Below are positions 1 through 21,451 of a stretch of 64,000 nt of DNA, piece by piece. Position 1 is the stretch's first letter; every line of letters begins with the position of its first letter. The translations under genes were made by a program, and so were the position numbers. The DNA comes from Salpingoeca rosetta (taxonomy: Eukaryota > Protista > Choanoflagellata): positions 1,614,297-1,678,296 of the forward strand of contig JAWQFM010000009.1 in assembly GCA_033442325.1 (NCBI GenBank), written 5' to 3'. Under the pieces are notes generated by a model, which was given only the letters and a program-made list of their open reading frames with translations, searched no databases and was not told the origin of the DNA.

Positions 1-53
<53 letters not shown>

Positions 54-62
54 ACACACACC

Positions 63-1247
63 GCTGATAGAAGGCGACGGCGCGCGTGTTTGAGGCGAGG
101 ACGTGAAGAAGGACAGCCTTGCATGACCGCTTGCTGACGACGTTGCATGCCAGCAGCAGTTCCAGCAGCGCCGACCCTATCATTGATATGTGGCAACGCG
201 CAAGTACGTGAGCGGTTAACACTATCCCCGTGTATCATGCTCACCAGAGACAGCAAGAGCACATGATGAAGAGAACCGGCGCTCAGATTGCGTCACACAT
301 ATACACGTAAATACGAACACACACACGCACACACAGACACACAGACAGACAGACAGACAGACAGACACACACACACACACACACACAGACACACAGACAC
401 ACGCACACAGACACACACACACGCGCACGCGCACACAGACACACACACACGCACACACACAGAGGACAACGCACCTATTCCGTGGGATTGGAATCGCGGT
501 ATGACACCGAGTGTAAGGATGTACACCAAACTATACTTCTGTTCTGGATCATGCACGACGCCTTGATCCTGAAGAACAAAACAGGTTGGCGTACGTATCA
601 GAAGATGCTTGGGATTTGACGCACAGCCCATTCCAACATAATCCTGGCTCTGCAACGTTCAGGATCACAGCCAAGGCACTCACCTGCCTGCCCCTTCCCA
701 CCTCAAAACGAATATCGCCACCAATCCCCACGGCATGCACTGGACGCACCTCAATGTCCACGGTTGAAGCTGGGGTGATTTTGAAGACGATGAAGCCCAG
801 GAGAGTGCCATCATGGCTGAAGGCACCAAACGCGTCAAGCTCACTGTAGGGGATCACTGCACTGTCAAAGAACCGATCGGGGTAGGATATGGGAAACAGG
901 ACATCGTGCAGGGCTTTCAGCTGTGCGCGGTCGCCGCTCTCCAGTCGTCGGTAGCAGATGTGAGCCGTGTCCAGTGCGGGCAGAAAAGTTGTCGCGATCC
1001 TCACTGTAGCAGACGCCATCGACAGTGCTGGCTGCGCACTGCTGCTGTTGGTGCGAGCCATGTCATGACTGCTGATACCAGTGCCACCGCTCAACAGTGG
1101 TGCTGTCCCTGTCGCTGTTCTCATGGGTGTGTGACACTGTGACAGGCCACCTGTGCTTCCTCTGCTGTCCTTGTGTCTGCCGCTCATGCTGACTTGCGGT
1201 GGCTGGGTGGTGGTGGTGGTGGTGGTGTTGTTGTCGGTGTTCGTCAT
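63..1247 (-). CDS. NAA60: N-alpha-acetyltransferase 60-like GNAT acetyltransferase (multi-exon; 3' end lies outside the window)
   Basis: Exons ~1247-750, 568-475 and ~177-63 splice at GT-AG sites. They give '[20 protein letters not shown]', '[22 protein letters not shown]' (GNAT acetyl-CoA motif A) and '[21 protein letters not shown]', as in Naa60/Naa50-type NATs. The start codon is uncertain. Confidence 0.8.
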
Positions 1248-2331
1248 GGCGACACCTCCTCCTCTTGCATCCACGCCTTCGTACACCCGTGCATTCCCCA
1301 GCAGCGACACGGTTACGGTATCCCCCTTTCCAACCATGATCCCCTCACCCCCCTTTCCTTCCCCATCCAACAAAGCAGAGCAGCTTTGCTCCTCGTTGGC
1401 ACGAACGGACACCAACACAAGCACACACACACACAACCCGCACCCTCGTTTGCCTGGTGGTTTGTTTGTCTGCGGCTTCTGTTCGCCGATGATTATTAGC
1501 CCATGATGCTGCCAATTTTCAGCAAGTTCGTGAGCACAAGCACAAAGCAAGACAACAGCTGCTGCTGCTGTCTTACCCAGCACCATCCACCTCGCCTTTG
1601 TTGACTTTCAGCCTGCACACTCACACGCCCGCACGCCTCCGATCCGACGTCAAGCTCGTTTGACTTCTTGGTGCCTTCTTGTTCGTTCATCTCAACGAGG
1701 CGTTTCTCTCGGCACGGCACGTGTTTCTGAGCGTTTGCTGTGGTCGACGACCGCCCCAGGCGAGCAGCTCCACCTTCCGCTGGCACAGGTGCGTGTTGAT
1801 GCTCGGGGGGTGGGCCACACGTCCCTGCTTTCATCACGTTTCATTGAATTTGATTTGCCTCCTCCTTTGTCTGGCTGTTGTGCTCTGTGACAAAGACGCA
1901 GTCATCACCACCACGTGTCACTGTCACACACATGCTCACATGCATACACATGCGTGCATGCTCACTGCTCTCTGTGTGAACACCAAAACCACCTCTGCCA
2001 TCACTGCCGTCACAGGCACCATCCATCACTCGCGCAGGCACCTGTCTCCGTGATCAATCCAGCCCAGTTCACTTGATCGACAAAGGGCATCCACACTAAC
2101 GTGCACGCGCACAGAAGTGCTGAGCACACTGTCGACAGCACATCCTCCTCGACAACACATGCGCAGCAGCAGGCCTGGTCAGTCGTAGGACCCTCAAGCA
2201 CAATCGCCGCTGCCGAGCACCTGAGCTGAGCGCGTGTCGACAAGCTTTTTCCACAGTTGCTGTGACCCTTGTTGTTGTTGTTGCTGTTGTTGTTGTTGCT
2301 TCTGTGAGTTGTGTCACTTGGCCGTGCCACC

Positions 2332-8885
<6,554 letters not shown>

Positions 8886-10208
8886 TGAAGCAGCACCACC
8901 ACGATGTTTTGTGTGGTTCGATGAGGAGTTGTGCTGAGCTGGCGTGTTGGGAGTTATGGGTTTTGCGTTTAGCTGAGCTGAGTTGGGCTTGAGATGGTTG
9001 AGGCGGCGGTCGTGTGCCGCTGATAGTTTGGTGCAACCGGCCTTGATTTTGTTCAGGGGTAGTGTGAAGAGCAGCCGCCGTTCTGGTATCGAGCGGCTGG
9101 TGCAGCGCCACATCCGATGACGCGCGTGTTGAGCACGCGTGCTGACGACTGGCAGGCAAATTTGGGGGGGGGGGGGGTGGCGGTAATGATGTGGTGCTTG
9201 CTGGTGTGGGTGGGTGGTGAAGCTGATTGAGGTGGACGGGCGGTAGCGTTTGGCCAAGAGGATGGGCGAGGATGGGCGAGGATGGGCGAGGATGGGACCC
9301 GCTTCCATCGCCTCTGTTTTCTTTGGACTTTTTTTTTTGCTCGGCTAGTGTTGTTTGCTTGCTTCACCGCAGGAAGGGCTCATATCCAGGCCCATGCTGC
9401 TTTCGCTCTTCCATTTGGTTTCTTTTTTCTTGCTCGCAGTTAGGTGTTAAGCACATCCTTACCTGACCTACTCCTGTTGCTGTGACGTTTGTGTTCAGTT
9501 GCACGCGCGCGTGATTGCGGTTTACGCGCGTGCTCGTATTTGTGATCCTGTCCCTTGTTGACCTGTACTTCGTTTTGTTTGCTCGGATGTATCACCTGCT
9601 GTGCAGACAGTTGACTCTTGCTTGTGTTGTTGTTGACGTTGGTGCTGTCGATGGTGGTGTTATGTGCTTGACAGTGCACGTTGGGTCGTCCGTGTCATTT
9701 AAGTTGCTCTTGTCTTTATCCTCCCTTTGGTTAGCTTACAATGAAACAGCCATTGCTTTCCCTCGTCGCGCGTGTGATTGCAAGCAAGACGCTCTCTGCT
9801 CTGTTGCCAGCCTTGAGTACAGAAGGAGGAGGAGACGAAGAATTAATCTGTGAATCTCTCTCGCAACCGACACACCAAGCTGTGCACGCTGACATGGGGG
9901 GAACGTTTAATGGAAAGGCCATCATCATATAAGTAACTATGGATGGGGGACGACACATCTACAATTCGGCAACAGTATGCACAAGTGTGCCATGCGAGAA
10001 ATGCGCAACTGAGAGCAGGCAACACAGACGGAGTGGATGCGGAAACGACAAAGCACCCAGAGCAGAAGCGATGTGATGAGGAGAAAGAGAGAGGGGCAGA
10101 GAGGGAGGAAGAAGAACGAGAGAGAGAGAGAGAGAAGGAGAGCGAGTGTGTGTGTGTGTGTGTAGTGGGGGCGACCGAACACAAAGCTGCATTGAGGGAT
10201 AGCCATGT

Positions 10209-10411
10209 TCATGCCGCATTGCCTTGGAGGGATAGGGTTTCCTGGAGCTGCTGTGACACGTCCTCATCTGAGTTGCTTCGCGCCTGAGCGTCCAGCAAGT
10301 GCTGTGGCTGTTGCGCCGCTACACCTACTCGCGACACGTGGTCTCCTGGAATCATGACGAGTCCAATCGGTCTCCTGAATTCCAGCTCGTCATCCTGGCA
10401 AACCAATTGTA

Positions 10412-10474
<63 letters not shown>

Positions 10475-10797
10475 GGTGTCGGAGGATGGCGGAGTCTGAT
10501 GTTGGCACATCGACACATGCATGCAGAGGTTCTATTCACACACTTGCACCACAGGCATACGCACGCCACTGACACACTGATGCACATGCGCGTGTACAAC
10601 CGTATGCCCACCTTTGGCCATGCGTCTGCGCCCGTGATTGGCGGGCCTTTCCACTCGTTGGCGTGGGTGAGCACGATGTTACAGCCATTGTCCACGCAAG
10701 AAAACACACCCTGCACAATGCGTCCGTCAGACACCCCAACGCGCACCAGCTTCCCAAGCAAGCCCTTCAGCATCGACCTCGCTTCTTCTTCTGCCAT
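10209..10797 (-). CDS. NAA38: LSm-domain protein, NatC auxiliary subunit Naa38/LSMD1 (Mak31)-like; 2 exons
   Basis: Exon 1 (10797-10612) has Sm1 'LLGKLVRVGVSDGRIVQGVFSCVDNGCNIVLTHANEW'. Exon 2 (10394-10209) has Sm2 'RRPIGLVMIPGDHVSRV'. The intron is GT-AG, phase 0. Confidence 0.8.
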
Positions 10798-10802
10798 CTC
10801 AG

Positions 10803-10949
<147 letters not shown>

Positions 10950-11012
10950 TTGTTGTTGGATTGTGCTCGTTTACTGAAAATTCATGAACATCATCAAACA
11001 AGTTTCGGCAAT

Positions 11013-13652
11013 TCAAGGCTGCGACTTGGCTGCTTGCTTCTTGGCTGCCAGCCACTCATCAATCTCAGCCTTGAGCTCGGGCACTGCAAACATATGTGCG
11101 TGTGTGTGTGTGGTGTTGTTGTTGCTGTGTGAGTACACAAGGGAAGGGAGAGGCACACAAGGGAAGAGAGAGGCGCGAAGAGGGTGCAACCTCCACCCAT
11201 TTGTTGCTCCACCCACTCCCATCCACTCCATGCTCACCTGGCACGAGGTCATCTGCAGAGAGTGGGCTGCGGTTGAACGGATCGGTGGGATCTGAGAGGA
11301 GGTGCTGGATAATCACAGAGCGGTCCACTGATGGCGGTGGCAACATGGACAGGAGAGAGATTGGCGTAAGCACGTGGGGCTCGAGTAACGGACCCATGGG
11401 ACTGACTGCATCGAGCGCTCGCCGCACTACGATACACGCAACATGACACAACGGACACGCACAACAAAAAACAACCAAACAGACAGACAGACACGTACAC
11501 AAACAACAACCACAAACAGCCAAACAAATGCACATGCACATGCACGCAGGCAGGTGCAGGGCAGCAAACTGACTGATGGTCTGGCTGGACGGCAGTTTCA
11601 CGGGGTCCTTCATCAAGGTGTACATGACGGGATCTAATGCAATTGCGTGTGCAAGTGGATATCAGTACTGCGAATGTGTGCTTGTATGGTTGCGTGTTGT
11701 ATGTGCGGTTGTAGTTGCTCGCTTCCTTCAGTGGTGTGAAGCAACAGTAGTCCAGGCAACAGTCGTTACCAAGATACTCGTCGGGAATGTCTCCGAGATC
11801 CGCTTCCTCCGTCTGCATCTCCTCATGCGCAGCCTGGTCATGCACACACACGCACGCATGCACACAATCACGCACACACGTGCACAGAGAACCAAGTTGT
11901 GAGCGATGAGAAAGACGTGCAGTGAGGTGTGGGTGATGAGAACGCAGCGAGAAGCCACACCTTGGCCACTTGAATCAGCTGCCGGAAGTGCTTCACATCA
12001 TCCTGCAGATGCATCGCACAGGCGCACATGTGAGGATGAGAGGTGGAAGTGAACAACGGCGACATTCAAACACACACACACACGCACACGCACACACGCA
12101 CACACACACACATACGCGCGCACACACACACATACGTAAGCGGTTGAGTTTCGCTCGAGAGTTGCGAGCGCCTTGAGGAGGAACGAGTGGTCGTAGCGTG
12201 CATCCTCAATCACAGCGGAGATGAACTTGGGCTGTGGAGGTGTGGAGATGGCAGGAAGCAATGGAGAGCAAAAGTTGCTTGAGGAGAGGTGGCAGGTGAC
12301 AGCATGCACATAGATGGTCAAGCAGTGTCTGACGCCACGCGCCACGGTCGCTCACTGACCGCGCGTGAGCAAATCACACCACACATCACAAACAACAGGA
12401 ATACGTCGTCGTCATCATCATGACCACCACGACCATCACAACTGTCGCCGCCGTCAACGCACGTCTGGGTTATCGGGCCCACGGGTGGGGATGCGGGAGC
12501 AGTGAAGATAGATGGCGACGAGCTGGCGCAGAACTTCAATGGGGTTGAAGTCGTACTCGCGCAGCTGGTCAAGCTGGTGGAGGATGGGGGAAAGGGGCAG
12601 GGGATAAGAGGGGGGATGGTTAAAATGATTGGTCGGCACAATGGTGGAGGGCGCGAGGAGGCGTGACAGTGAGAGGGAAGTGACACACACACACGCACAT
12701 ACACAAACACGCAAGCACATGCATGTGAGAAAAGCAGGCGGCCAGGCAAACAGCACGCACAGCAGGCACGATGTGCAGACGCACCTCCATCTTGCTTGCT
12801 TGTGGACCAAAGAGCCACCTGATGTTGCTGTTGAGCATGCCCGCGAGACGACCAACCACCTCCGTCCGCAGAAACGGGTCGACAACAGCGCCAGAGAGAT
12901 TGTTGAAGAAGTGCAGCGTCTCCCCAGCTGGTAGTGGTGGCGACGAAAGGCAGAAGGCGTGGATGTGAACGCGTGCGTGTGAATGCGTGTTGTGTTGGGT
13001 GTTGTGGTGTGTTGTGTGTGGTGTGGTGTGTGGGGTGTGTGCGTGTTGTGTTGTGTGTGTGTATGTGTATGTGTTGTGTGAATGTGAGTGGGTGGTTCGG
13101 CACAGACACGAAGATGCGTTGGAGACGTGATCAACACATGTGGCCATCACCCACCGAGCATGGACAGTGTCTTGGCCTGGTTCTCGAGCTTCGGCAGCTC
13201 TTGCTGAGCCTGTAATGCCAATGAAAACACACGCAGGAACACACACACACACACAGACACACACACAGGCACACACACAGACACACACACACACACACAC
13301 ACAGGGGACGTCAGGGTGAATTGACTCAGAGCTTCACTCCTGAATGCATGCACCTCAGTACCATTCATTTCACCAGCACCAGCAACACTTCCGCTGTGAC
13401 TGTGAGAGGAACATCACCTCCTCGCGTGTCTGGTCTTCGTCAGTCCATTCTGCCTGCGCCAGACGCCGCTTCAGATTCTTGATCTTCACCAAACAGTCAA
13501 ACACTGCACACCATATCATGTAGGTGGCGATGGCGGCGGTGGTGTGAATGGCGACAGTTGAAGTCAGCAAGCAAACGCACACATCCAAAACAACAAGTGC
13601 ACACACGCCCGCTTTCATGCACATGTTCACCTTCGCTCGCTCCCACAACCCC

Positions 13653-13701
<49 letters not shown>

Positions 13702-13824
13702 CCTTCGTCAAAGAAGAGGGTGGTGTCGTTGATCAGCAGCATGACGAAACGAACAAAGCCGTCGTCCTGCGTGCTGGCGATGATTGCGTCACGGCTCTTC
13801 GGGTTCTGAACACAGAAGAAACAA

Positions 13825-13874
<50 letters not shown>

Positions 13875-14483
13875 CAGCCGCTTGCCGTGCATGAGCATCG
13901 AACACAGTCAACAAAACTACAACCGAACCACACACGCACACACGAGCACACACGCGCACACCTGCCACATTGACTTGAGGATGAGCTGGAGATTGTAGCG
14001 GACGCCTGGGCGGGCGTAGTAGTCCACCTCCTCCGCATCTGCACGCAGTCGCCATACGGCGATGCAGGACATGATGAGGCGGAGTTGCGATGACGTGTAC
14101 ATGTGTACATATTTGCATGTACAATTGTTTGAGAAAAACACGCGCGCAAGCCAACTCGCAACAGGCGAAAATGTGCGCATGTGCGCATGTGTGTGTGTGT
14201 GTGTTTTGGAGGAACGCACCAACGTAGAAGCGCATGAGCGCTGGTCCAAGGTGGTTCATGCCGAGGTCCGTCTGCAGCAGCGAAGACAGGAACGACGTGT
14301 TGGGTGCTTTGTCAGGCAGCAGACTCGACAGTATCTGCGATGGCAACGGTCGGCCGGTTGGTCGACCGGTTGGTTGGCGGGTGGTTGGTGGGTGGTTGGT
14401 GGGTGGTTGGTGGGTGGAGAATGGAGCAGTGAGGTTGGGATGACTCACTGCATCTTGGACGTGCTGTCTGCATAACACCGCAT

Positions 14484-14566
<83 letters not shown>

Positions 14567-15982
14567 CCAGTCGGTGGTGCCTGTCCACCAAAAGCCAACG
14601 GAGACACTAACACAGCACACCGTAACACCGCACCACACCACAGCACACTGTAGAACAATACAACACAAGCACCGCAAGGCAGCACGGCCGCACCTCGACA
14701 ATCTTTGAGCGCTCAAAGGCGATGGGAATGTGCTTTGAGCTGAGGAGAAAGGCAACGAAGAAGCGCATGATGTACGGCGTTGCCGCCGTCGACGTGAACA
14801 GATGCGGGGCACTCCTGCACACACACACAGCGATAGAGACAAGGACGAGTGAGCGAGAGTGTGAGTGAGTGAGTGAGTGTGTGTGTGAGTGAGGCAGTGA
14901 GTGAGCGAGCGAGTGAGTGAGTGAGGAGCAAATACATGCGCACACATGCAAGTGAGCTGGTCGACGTACACACACAACGCACACACACATCACACACACA
15001 TCACACACGTGCGCAAACAAGCGTGTGCTTGATTTCTTTCCACCTTGCGACGAAGAGGAAGAACTCAATCACGTCGTACACAAAGTACTCTGGCATGTTC
15101 GCCCACTGCGGCGAAATCTCGGCAGGAAGCGGGATGGTGTCGTTTCCGCCAGCCTGAACCGTCAGCGGTGGTGCATGCATGCATGCATGTGTGTGTGTGT
15201 GTGTGCGTGTGAGTGTGTGTGTGTGTGTGCAAATGTGTGAACGTGTGGACGTAAGACCGACTACGTGAGTGCATGCGTAAGCATGATGAAACCATGGCAA
15301 TAGGACACAACACATGCGCCAAAGCACTGTGCAGTGCATACTCACCACTTGGAGCAGCCACGCGGCGACAAAGCCGTAAAACTCAACCAAGTCGCCCAGC
15401 AGCGCTGATGGGAAGATGCAGCATATGCAGTGCATGCGTAGGGGTATGCAAACGCGTGTGAGCGAGGAAGAGGCGGCTTGCACTTGTCTCGAGAAGATGA
15501 ACCATGCGCAAACGGAAGACCTCAGCAGCAACACAGGGGAAAGTGGTCCAATCCCCACTTTGCACCTGTCACCATCAACATCCTCACCATTACTCCCATC
15601 CCCACCTCACCAACACCGACACCGACACCAGCAGGACCCCTCTCCCCCGCACCATCGCCTTTGCCCTACCTTCGTTGAGCACATCTGCCTCAAACGCGAG
15701 CCGCTCAGCAATGAGCGTGTCAAGCTGTGCGGCAAGCTGTGCAGCCTGCTCCCCGCGCTGCCTCGCTGCTGCCAGTTCGCGGTCAATGAAGGCAAGCCGG
15801 CTGCGGCCAGAGCGGTATGTGGCGTTGAGGCGCGCTGTTGCCGGCAGGAAGCCAATGTGCAGCACATGCAGCGTTGTGAAGAACTGCCGTGACAGCATCT
15901 AACGATGGCGGTAATGGTTATGATGGTGATGATGTTCGTGGGGGTGTGAAGACAGAGGTGTGAGTAGACAATGCTGCGCAGC

Positions 15983-16053
<71 letters not shown>

Positions 16054-16580
16054 TTCTCTCCCCCCCCCAGCCCCTTTGCCTTTGAACAGCCACAACAACG
16101 CAGGTCCAACTCCATATGACGACAACGCGCAACACACAATGGTTTTCTCTGGCAGCGGGGACGCCTGCAGCTCTGCCCGCGTGTCCTCAAACCACTTCTT
16201 CGTCTCCTCCTCCGACGCCTTCAGTCGCGTCTCCTGTTACGCAGTGCCGAAGGCGATTGGATAAGCAACGAGTATCAACCACAGGCATACGCATGTCACA
16301 CACACGTACGCATATCCAATTCAAAGTAACACCCCCACACGCACCAATTATACACACACACACACAACCACATGCATTTGTACATGTACGGGCGCACCTT
16401 CTGTGTGTCGTTGGGTGCATCCTCCATGGCGAGCATGCGAATGTCAAAATCAATCGCCTTCGCCTTGAGTTTCGCAGCATCAAACGTGACCAGCTTGTGG
16501 CTCAGCTGCGTCGTCGTTGTCGGTATTGTGGTGGTGGTGGTGGTGGTGACCATGGTGGGTGAGTTGACACGTGATGTTAG

Positions 16581-16638
<58 letters not shown>

Positions 16639-17091
16639 AAAGAGAAACTAACACCAAACATCATGCACACACACAACGCACACATACAGCACACGCCTAC
16701 ACACAAGTGCACACCTGCTTCATGAGGACGGTGAGGTTCATGGCGACGTTGTCGGAATTCGTGAACTGCATGCAAGCAAGCAAGTGGCGGCAGTGGAGCG
16801 AAGGGGTGAATCACGCGCCCGTCGAAGGCACAAACATGCACACGCACACACATCTCATGCACACAACACACACACGATTCACACACACGATTCACACACA
16901 CGATTCACACACATTCACACATATTTGTACATCCACACTGAAACAATCCCCTCGCCTCTCTGCAAGCGGCAGGCTGCCTGACCAGCATGAGGTTTGCGCC
17001 AGCGAGCTGGGACCCGAGCTGTGCGCGTTTTGCATTCACGGCACAAGCAATCTTCAGAAACGCAAAGAACCGCTGGCGCCCATCAGCCGTC

Positions 17092-17178
<87 letters not shown>

Positions 17179-18745
17179 TGCATGGTCATGATGCGGGCAA
17201 GGTATACGGTTAGGACCGGTCTATGGGGCCGTATTGTGGTTGAGTGAGACGCTGATGCGTTTGGGGAGAGCTGCGCTTCCAACCAACCACCAAGACACGC
17301 CGATACAGCGCCCTTCCACACTAAACCACACTTTGCCAACCCAACTCTCAAGTAAACCTCACACCCATCCATTCACAGTGCAATGCACGCCCACCTGAGA
17401 AAGCCCTTGCACGTCTGGACAAGGTGCTGTCGATAGAGCGCGAGGGATGTCCGCAGCGTGGACTGCGTCGACTCAACAACAGACGGCGGCAGCCTGCATA
17501 TGTGGTCATTGGGCGAGGGCGGAGGTGCCAGTGTGTGCATGTGCATGTGCATGCGTGTACGTGTGTGAGCATGCGTGTGCATGCGTGTGCGTGTGTGTGC
17601 GTGTGCGTGTGTGTGCGTGTTTTCCACTTCGACACCGTCCAAAATATCAACACAGCCTCCTCCAACGCCACCATCAGGCAGCCGCCACGCCCACGGCCAC
17701 CAATAACACACCTGCGGTCCTTGACGGTAAAGAGCGACGCTGCCGAGAACCGTGGCCGTGATGCAAGCAGCGGGAATGGCTGGACACATGTACAGAGACA
17801 AGGGAGTGTTTGATTCAGTGAGTGAGAGATACACGCACGCACGTACGCACGTACGCACGCACGTACGTGCAAAATGCACGTAAACATGCTGCGGGAGAGA
17901 GTGAGCGGTGACATGCACGTGCACGTGTGTGTATGCGTGAACGTGTGTGCGTGTATGTCGCTGCATGCGCCATGTCGTCAAGTGTGCATGCATCTTCTGC
18001 ACGCCTGTGCGCGTACAACAAGCGTGTGCGCGCATCACCTGCTCTGATGGAATGACGCCTGGCTCGAGGAAGACGCCGATGGGTGAGTTTGTCACCGCCG
18101 CCGCCGTCTCGCTGTCGGGCAGGAAGTTGGCATGCATCACAAGCTGCAGTGTTTTTTTGTTGTTTGGGGGAGAATGAAACAGGTGAGGGCAGTTGGTGGC
18201 GGTTGGTCGGTGATGGGGTGGGTGCACGGACCAAGGAAGACAGAGCAACGATGGCATGATGGACAAAGGGCAGGCGGCCACAACCAATCATGAGCAACGC
18301 GAACAGCACGAACGACACGACAACACGAACAACGCGGACAACGCAACATGTGCAGATGCCTCGCGGGTCACGTACCGCGTGTGCCACGGGAAGGGGCTGC
18401 CCTTTGTGGGCGGTGCCGAGACTGCAGCACGCCTGGAACGCCTATATTCGCCAGTGACAATGACACGGTTGAACGGACGTGAACCACGGACGAACACCAT
18501 GCACGCACACGCGAACAACGCACACGAGCAAAACTACGCATGCACGCATGCACACACACACACACCTGCAGGACTGGCAGGGCTTGCTGGATGTCGCGTG
18601 TCTGCCGCGCAATCTCACACAGCTCGCTCAGCACAGGCAGAAAGATCTGACACGGGCAAACACACGCACATGTGTGTGAACACTCGGACAGGGAATGGCA
18701 TCATTGGAAGTGCCGGGATGTGACCGTGTTTGGGATGTATCACAT

Positions 18746-18832
<87 letters not shown>

Positions 18833-19524
18833 TATGCACACACACACACACTCGTACCGTTTCGATGCCTGCTGGGTCGTCCTGTGCACACACGTCCACG
18901 ACAGCAGAGAGGAACGGACCCAGCTCCGCCTTTGTCAGCAGCGCCTGCACAACCCACTTGCGCGCATCACGCGTCTCCCTGCAGGCCACGCGGGGGGAGG
19001 GGCAAGCGAGTGTGTGATGGCGCGTGTGTGAGTGTGCGTAATTCCGCATGAGAGAGACAAACACATTGTGTGTGATTGCGGGTGGTTGTGGGTGGTTCTG
19101 TGATTGTGCGCATGTGTGTGCGTGTGCGATCATGTGTGATCATGTGCATGTGTGCAAGTGGCATAACGTCGTTGAGAGACGAGAGCACGTGGTGTGGCCT
19201 TGACTCACGCGTCCACGGGGAACATGGGCTCGTCCAGCATGAGGATCGTGTTTGCATAGCTCGCTGCAAGCTCTTGCGTCAGTTCTGCCAGGCGCCGCAG
19301 CCGCGACTTTGGAGGCAGCACGCGCAGACGGCCAGCGGCACGGTGGAAACATTGTGCAAGATACGCGATGGATTTCGGAGCTGCGGGGGCATCAGCAAGG
19401 AGATGCGCCATAATGATGGCGTCGACAAACTTGCGCTCGTCTGCAGGAGGGACATGAATGAGAGAGAGAGAGGGAGAGAGAGAGAGAGAGAGAGTTAGGG
19501 AGAGAGAGAGTTAGGGAGGGAGGG

Positions 19525-19555
<31 letters not shown>

Positions 19556-21204
19556 GAGGCAGAGAGACAAAGAGAGAGAGAGAAAGGGGGGGGGAGCGTT
19601 ACGCAGGCCACACGCGGCGACATGAAGGGAAATGCAAGTGGCAGTGGGTAAGCGGCACATAACACCACCACAAATCATGCACTCAACATACACACAGATG
19701 GATCCCGAGATAGCAACACGCACGCACGCAAGCACACACACCGAGCTCTGTGTCGTCCTTGAATTCCTGGAGCAGGTGCGGGCAGGGGACGGGCTGAGCA
19801 CCGCTGCCGCTGTTGGACAGACGCATCTGTGCAATTGACAGGTCGCCCTTTATGGTCGTGCGTCAGGTGGGAGGGTGTGGGGTCATTCGTGTGCGGATGT
19901 GTGTGTGTGTGCGTGGGTGTGTGTGTGTATGTGTGTGTATGTGTGTGCGGATGTGTGTGTATGTGTGTGTGTGTGTGTGTGATTGAATGAGCTGAGTCAT
20001 TCAATACAGCGCCGGCACCAGCACGATTATCACCGCCAGCAACAGGTCGATAGGAGAAGCAAAAGACCCACATGACCAACATCGACGAGAAAAGCGCGAA
20101 CAGGACCGCACATGCCGGCTCTGCTCATACCTGGTCTCTGTATTCCACATTGAGAACGGTGCGAGCAAAGTCGTGTGCGTACTCGTACAGGACGTTTGAC
20201 GCTGCCGCTGATGCTGGCGATGATCGAGATGGCGACATGGCCTTTGGCCTGAAAGCCACAGCAAGTTTGCACGCACGCACACGGAACGCATTCGACAACA
20301 GCGAGTGTGAATGCATGAGAACTTGAGCTTGCCACACACACACACACACACACACACACAAGTACACACAAGTGCACACACACAAGTCTACACAAGAGCA
20401 CACACACACACAAGTACACACAAGAGCACACAAGAGCACGCAAGAGCACACACACACACACAAGCATACAACACAGTGGTGCAAAGTGGTGTTGACGCAA
20501 GTGATGAGCCACGTTTCATGTGGTCGCTTACAATTTGGCTGGCGAAGCTTGCTGTGAAGCACCTGTTTTGGCGGGTGCTGCATCGTCTTGGGTCAGGCTC
20601 AGGAAAGGGTTGTCGCCGCTGCTGGTGTTGCTGCTGGTGTTGCTGGTGTCCATTGATGTGGTGGTTGCAGCCGCTGTTGCGGTGTTGGTTTTCTCATCTT
20701 TGCTGGCTGTAATTGGCGTCTCACTCGTCGCTGAATCCTGCTCGGGCGCGATGCATGCGATGTGTGAGTGCGTTGTGGTGCGTGAACGTTTGAGGTGCGT
20801 GAGTGCGTGTTTTGTTGTGAATGTGAGTGTGTGTTTGTGTGACATGGTGACCGGGTTCGCCACGGTCGACACATGTGGCCACATAGTGTCACGTGTACAC
20901 AACTCGTCGACCTTCCCTCACCCACACAAACCCACTCGCAAAACACACCCACACACACAACCTCATCACAAACGCAAACACACACCCACACACACACCTC
21001 CTGTGCAGCCCGTTTGGACGGTGGTGTTGACTGTAGCCTGGCCAAGCGTGCCAGCCGTTTTGCACGGATGTCATTCGCTGGTCGAGCAACGGGTTCGGCA
21101 GGCTGTCCGTGGGTGGCTGCCTCGCCTCCGTCCTGTGGCCCCTGCTCCTCCTCCTCTGGCTGCCGTTGCTGCCGTTGCTGCTGTTGCTCGTCGCTCCCGT
21201 CCAT
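11013..21204 (-). CDS. UFD2: Ubiquitin conjugation factor E4 (Ufd2/UBE4) U-box ligase, many exons
   Basis: N-terminal 'DIRAKRLARL'. Ufd2-core pieces include 'QFFTTLHVLHIGFLPA', 'WANMPEYFVYDVIEFFLFV', 'FVRFVMLLINDTTLFFDE' and 'PFLRTEVVGRLAGMLN'. The C-terminal U-box reads 'DIPDEYL..DPVMYTLMKDPVKLPSS..DRSVIIQHLLSDPTDPFNRSPL..VPELKAEIDEWL'. Confidence 0.92.
14484..14566 (+). repeat. (CAA)n intronic microsatellite
   Basis: Directly visible. Confidence 0.95.
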
Positions 21205-21451
21205 CTTGTCGCGGGCTGCTTGCTGCTTGCTTGTCTTGTCTGCCGTTTCTTGTTGTCTTGTCGTCGTGTCAGCAGTCTCAGAAAGTGCTGAGTCAGCAGT
21301 TCCCCAGTTGGCGCCAAACCTTCGAAAAGCGCGGAAACACACAAACCACACACAACAACAAGCACACACAAGCACACAGTGCGGCAAGTTGTCTCAACAC
21401 ACAAGCAGACCTGCAACCACCACCATGTGCGGGAGCGGTAGAGCTGATGCG

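Noticed and set aside
9440-9960. Short ORFs between the RasGAP and NAA38 3' ends
   Set aside because: No motifs or splice support; probably convergent 3' UTR or intergenic sequence.
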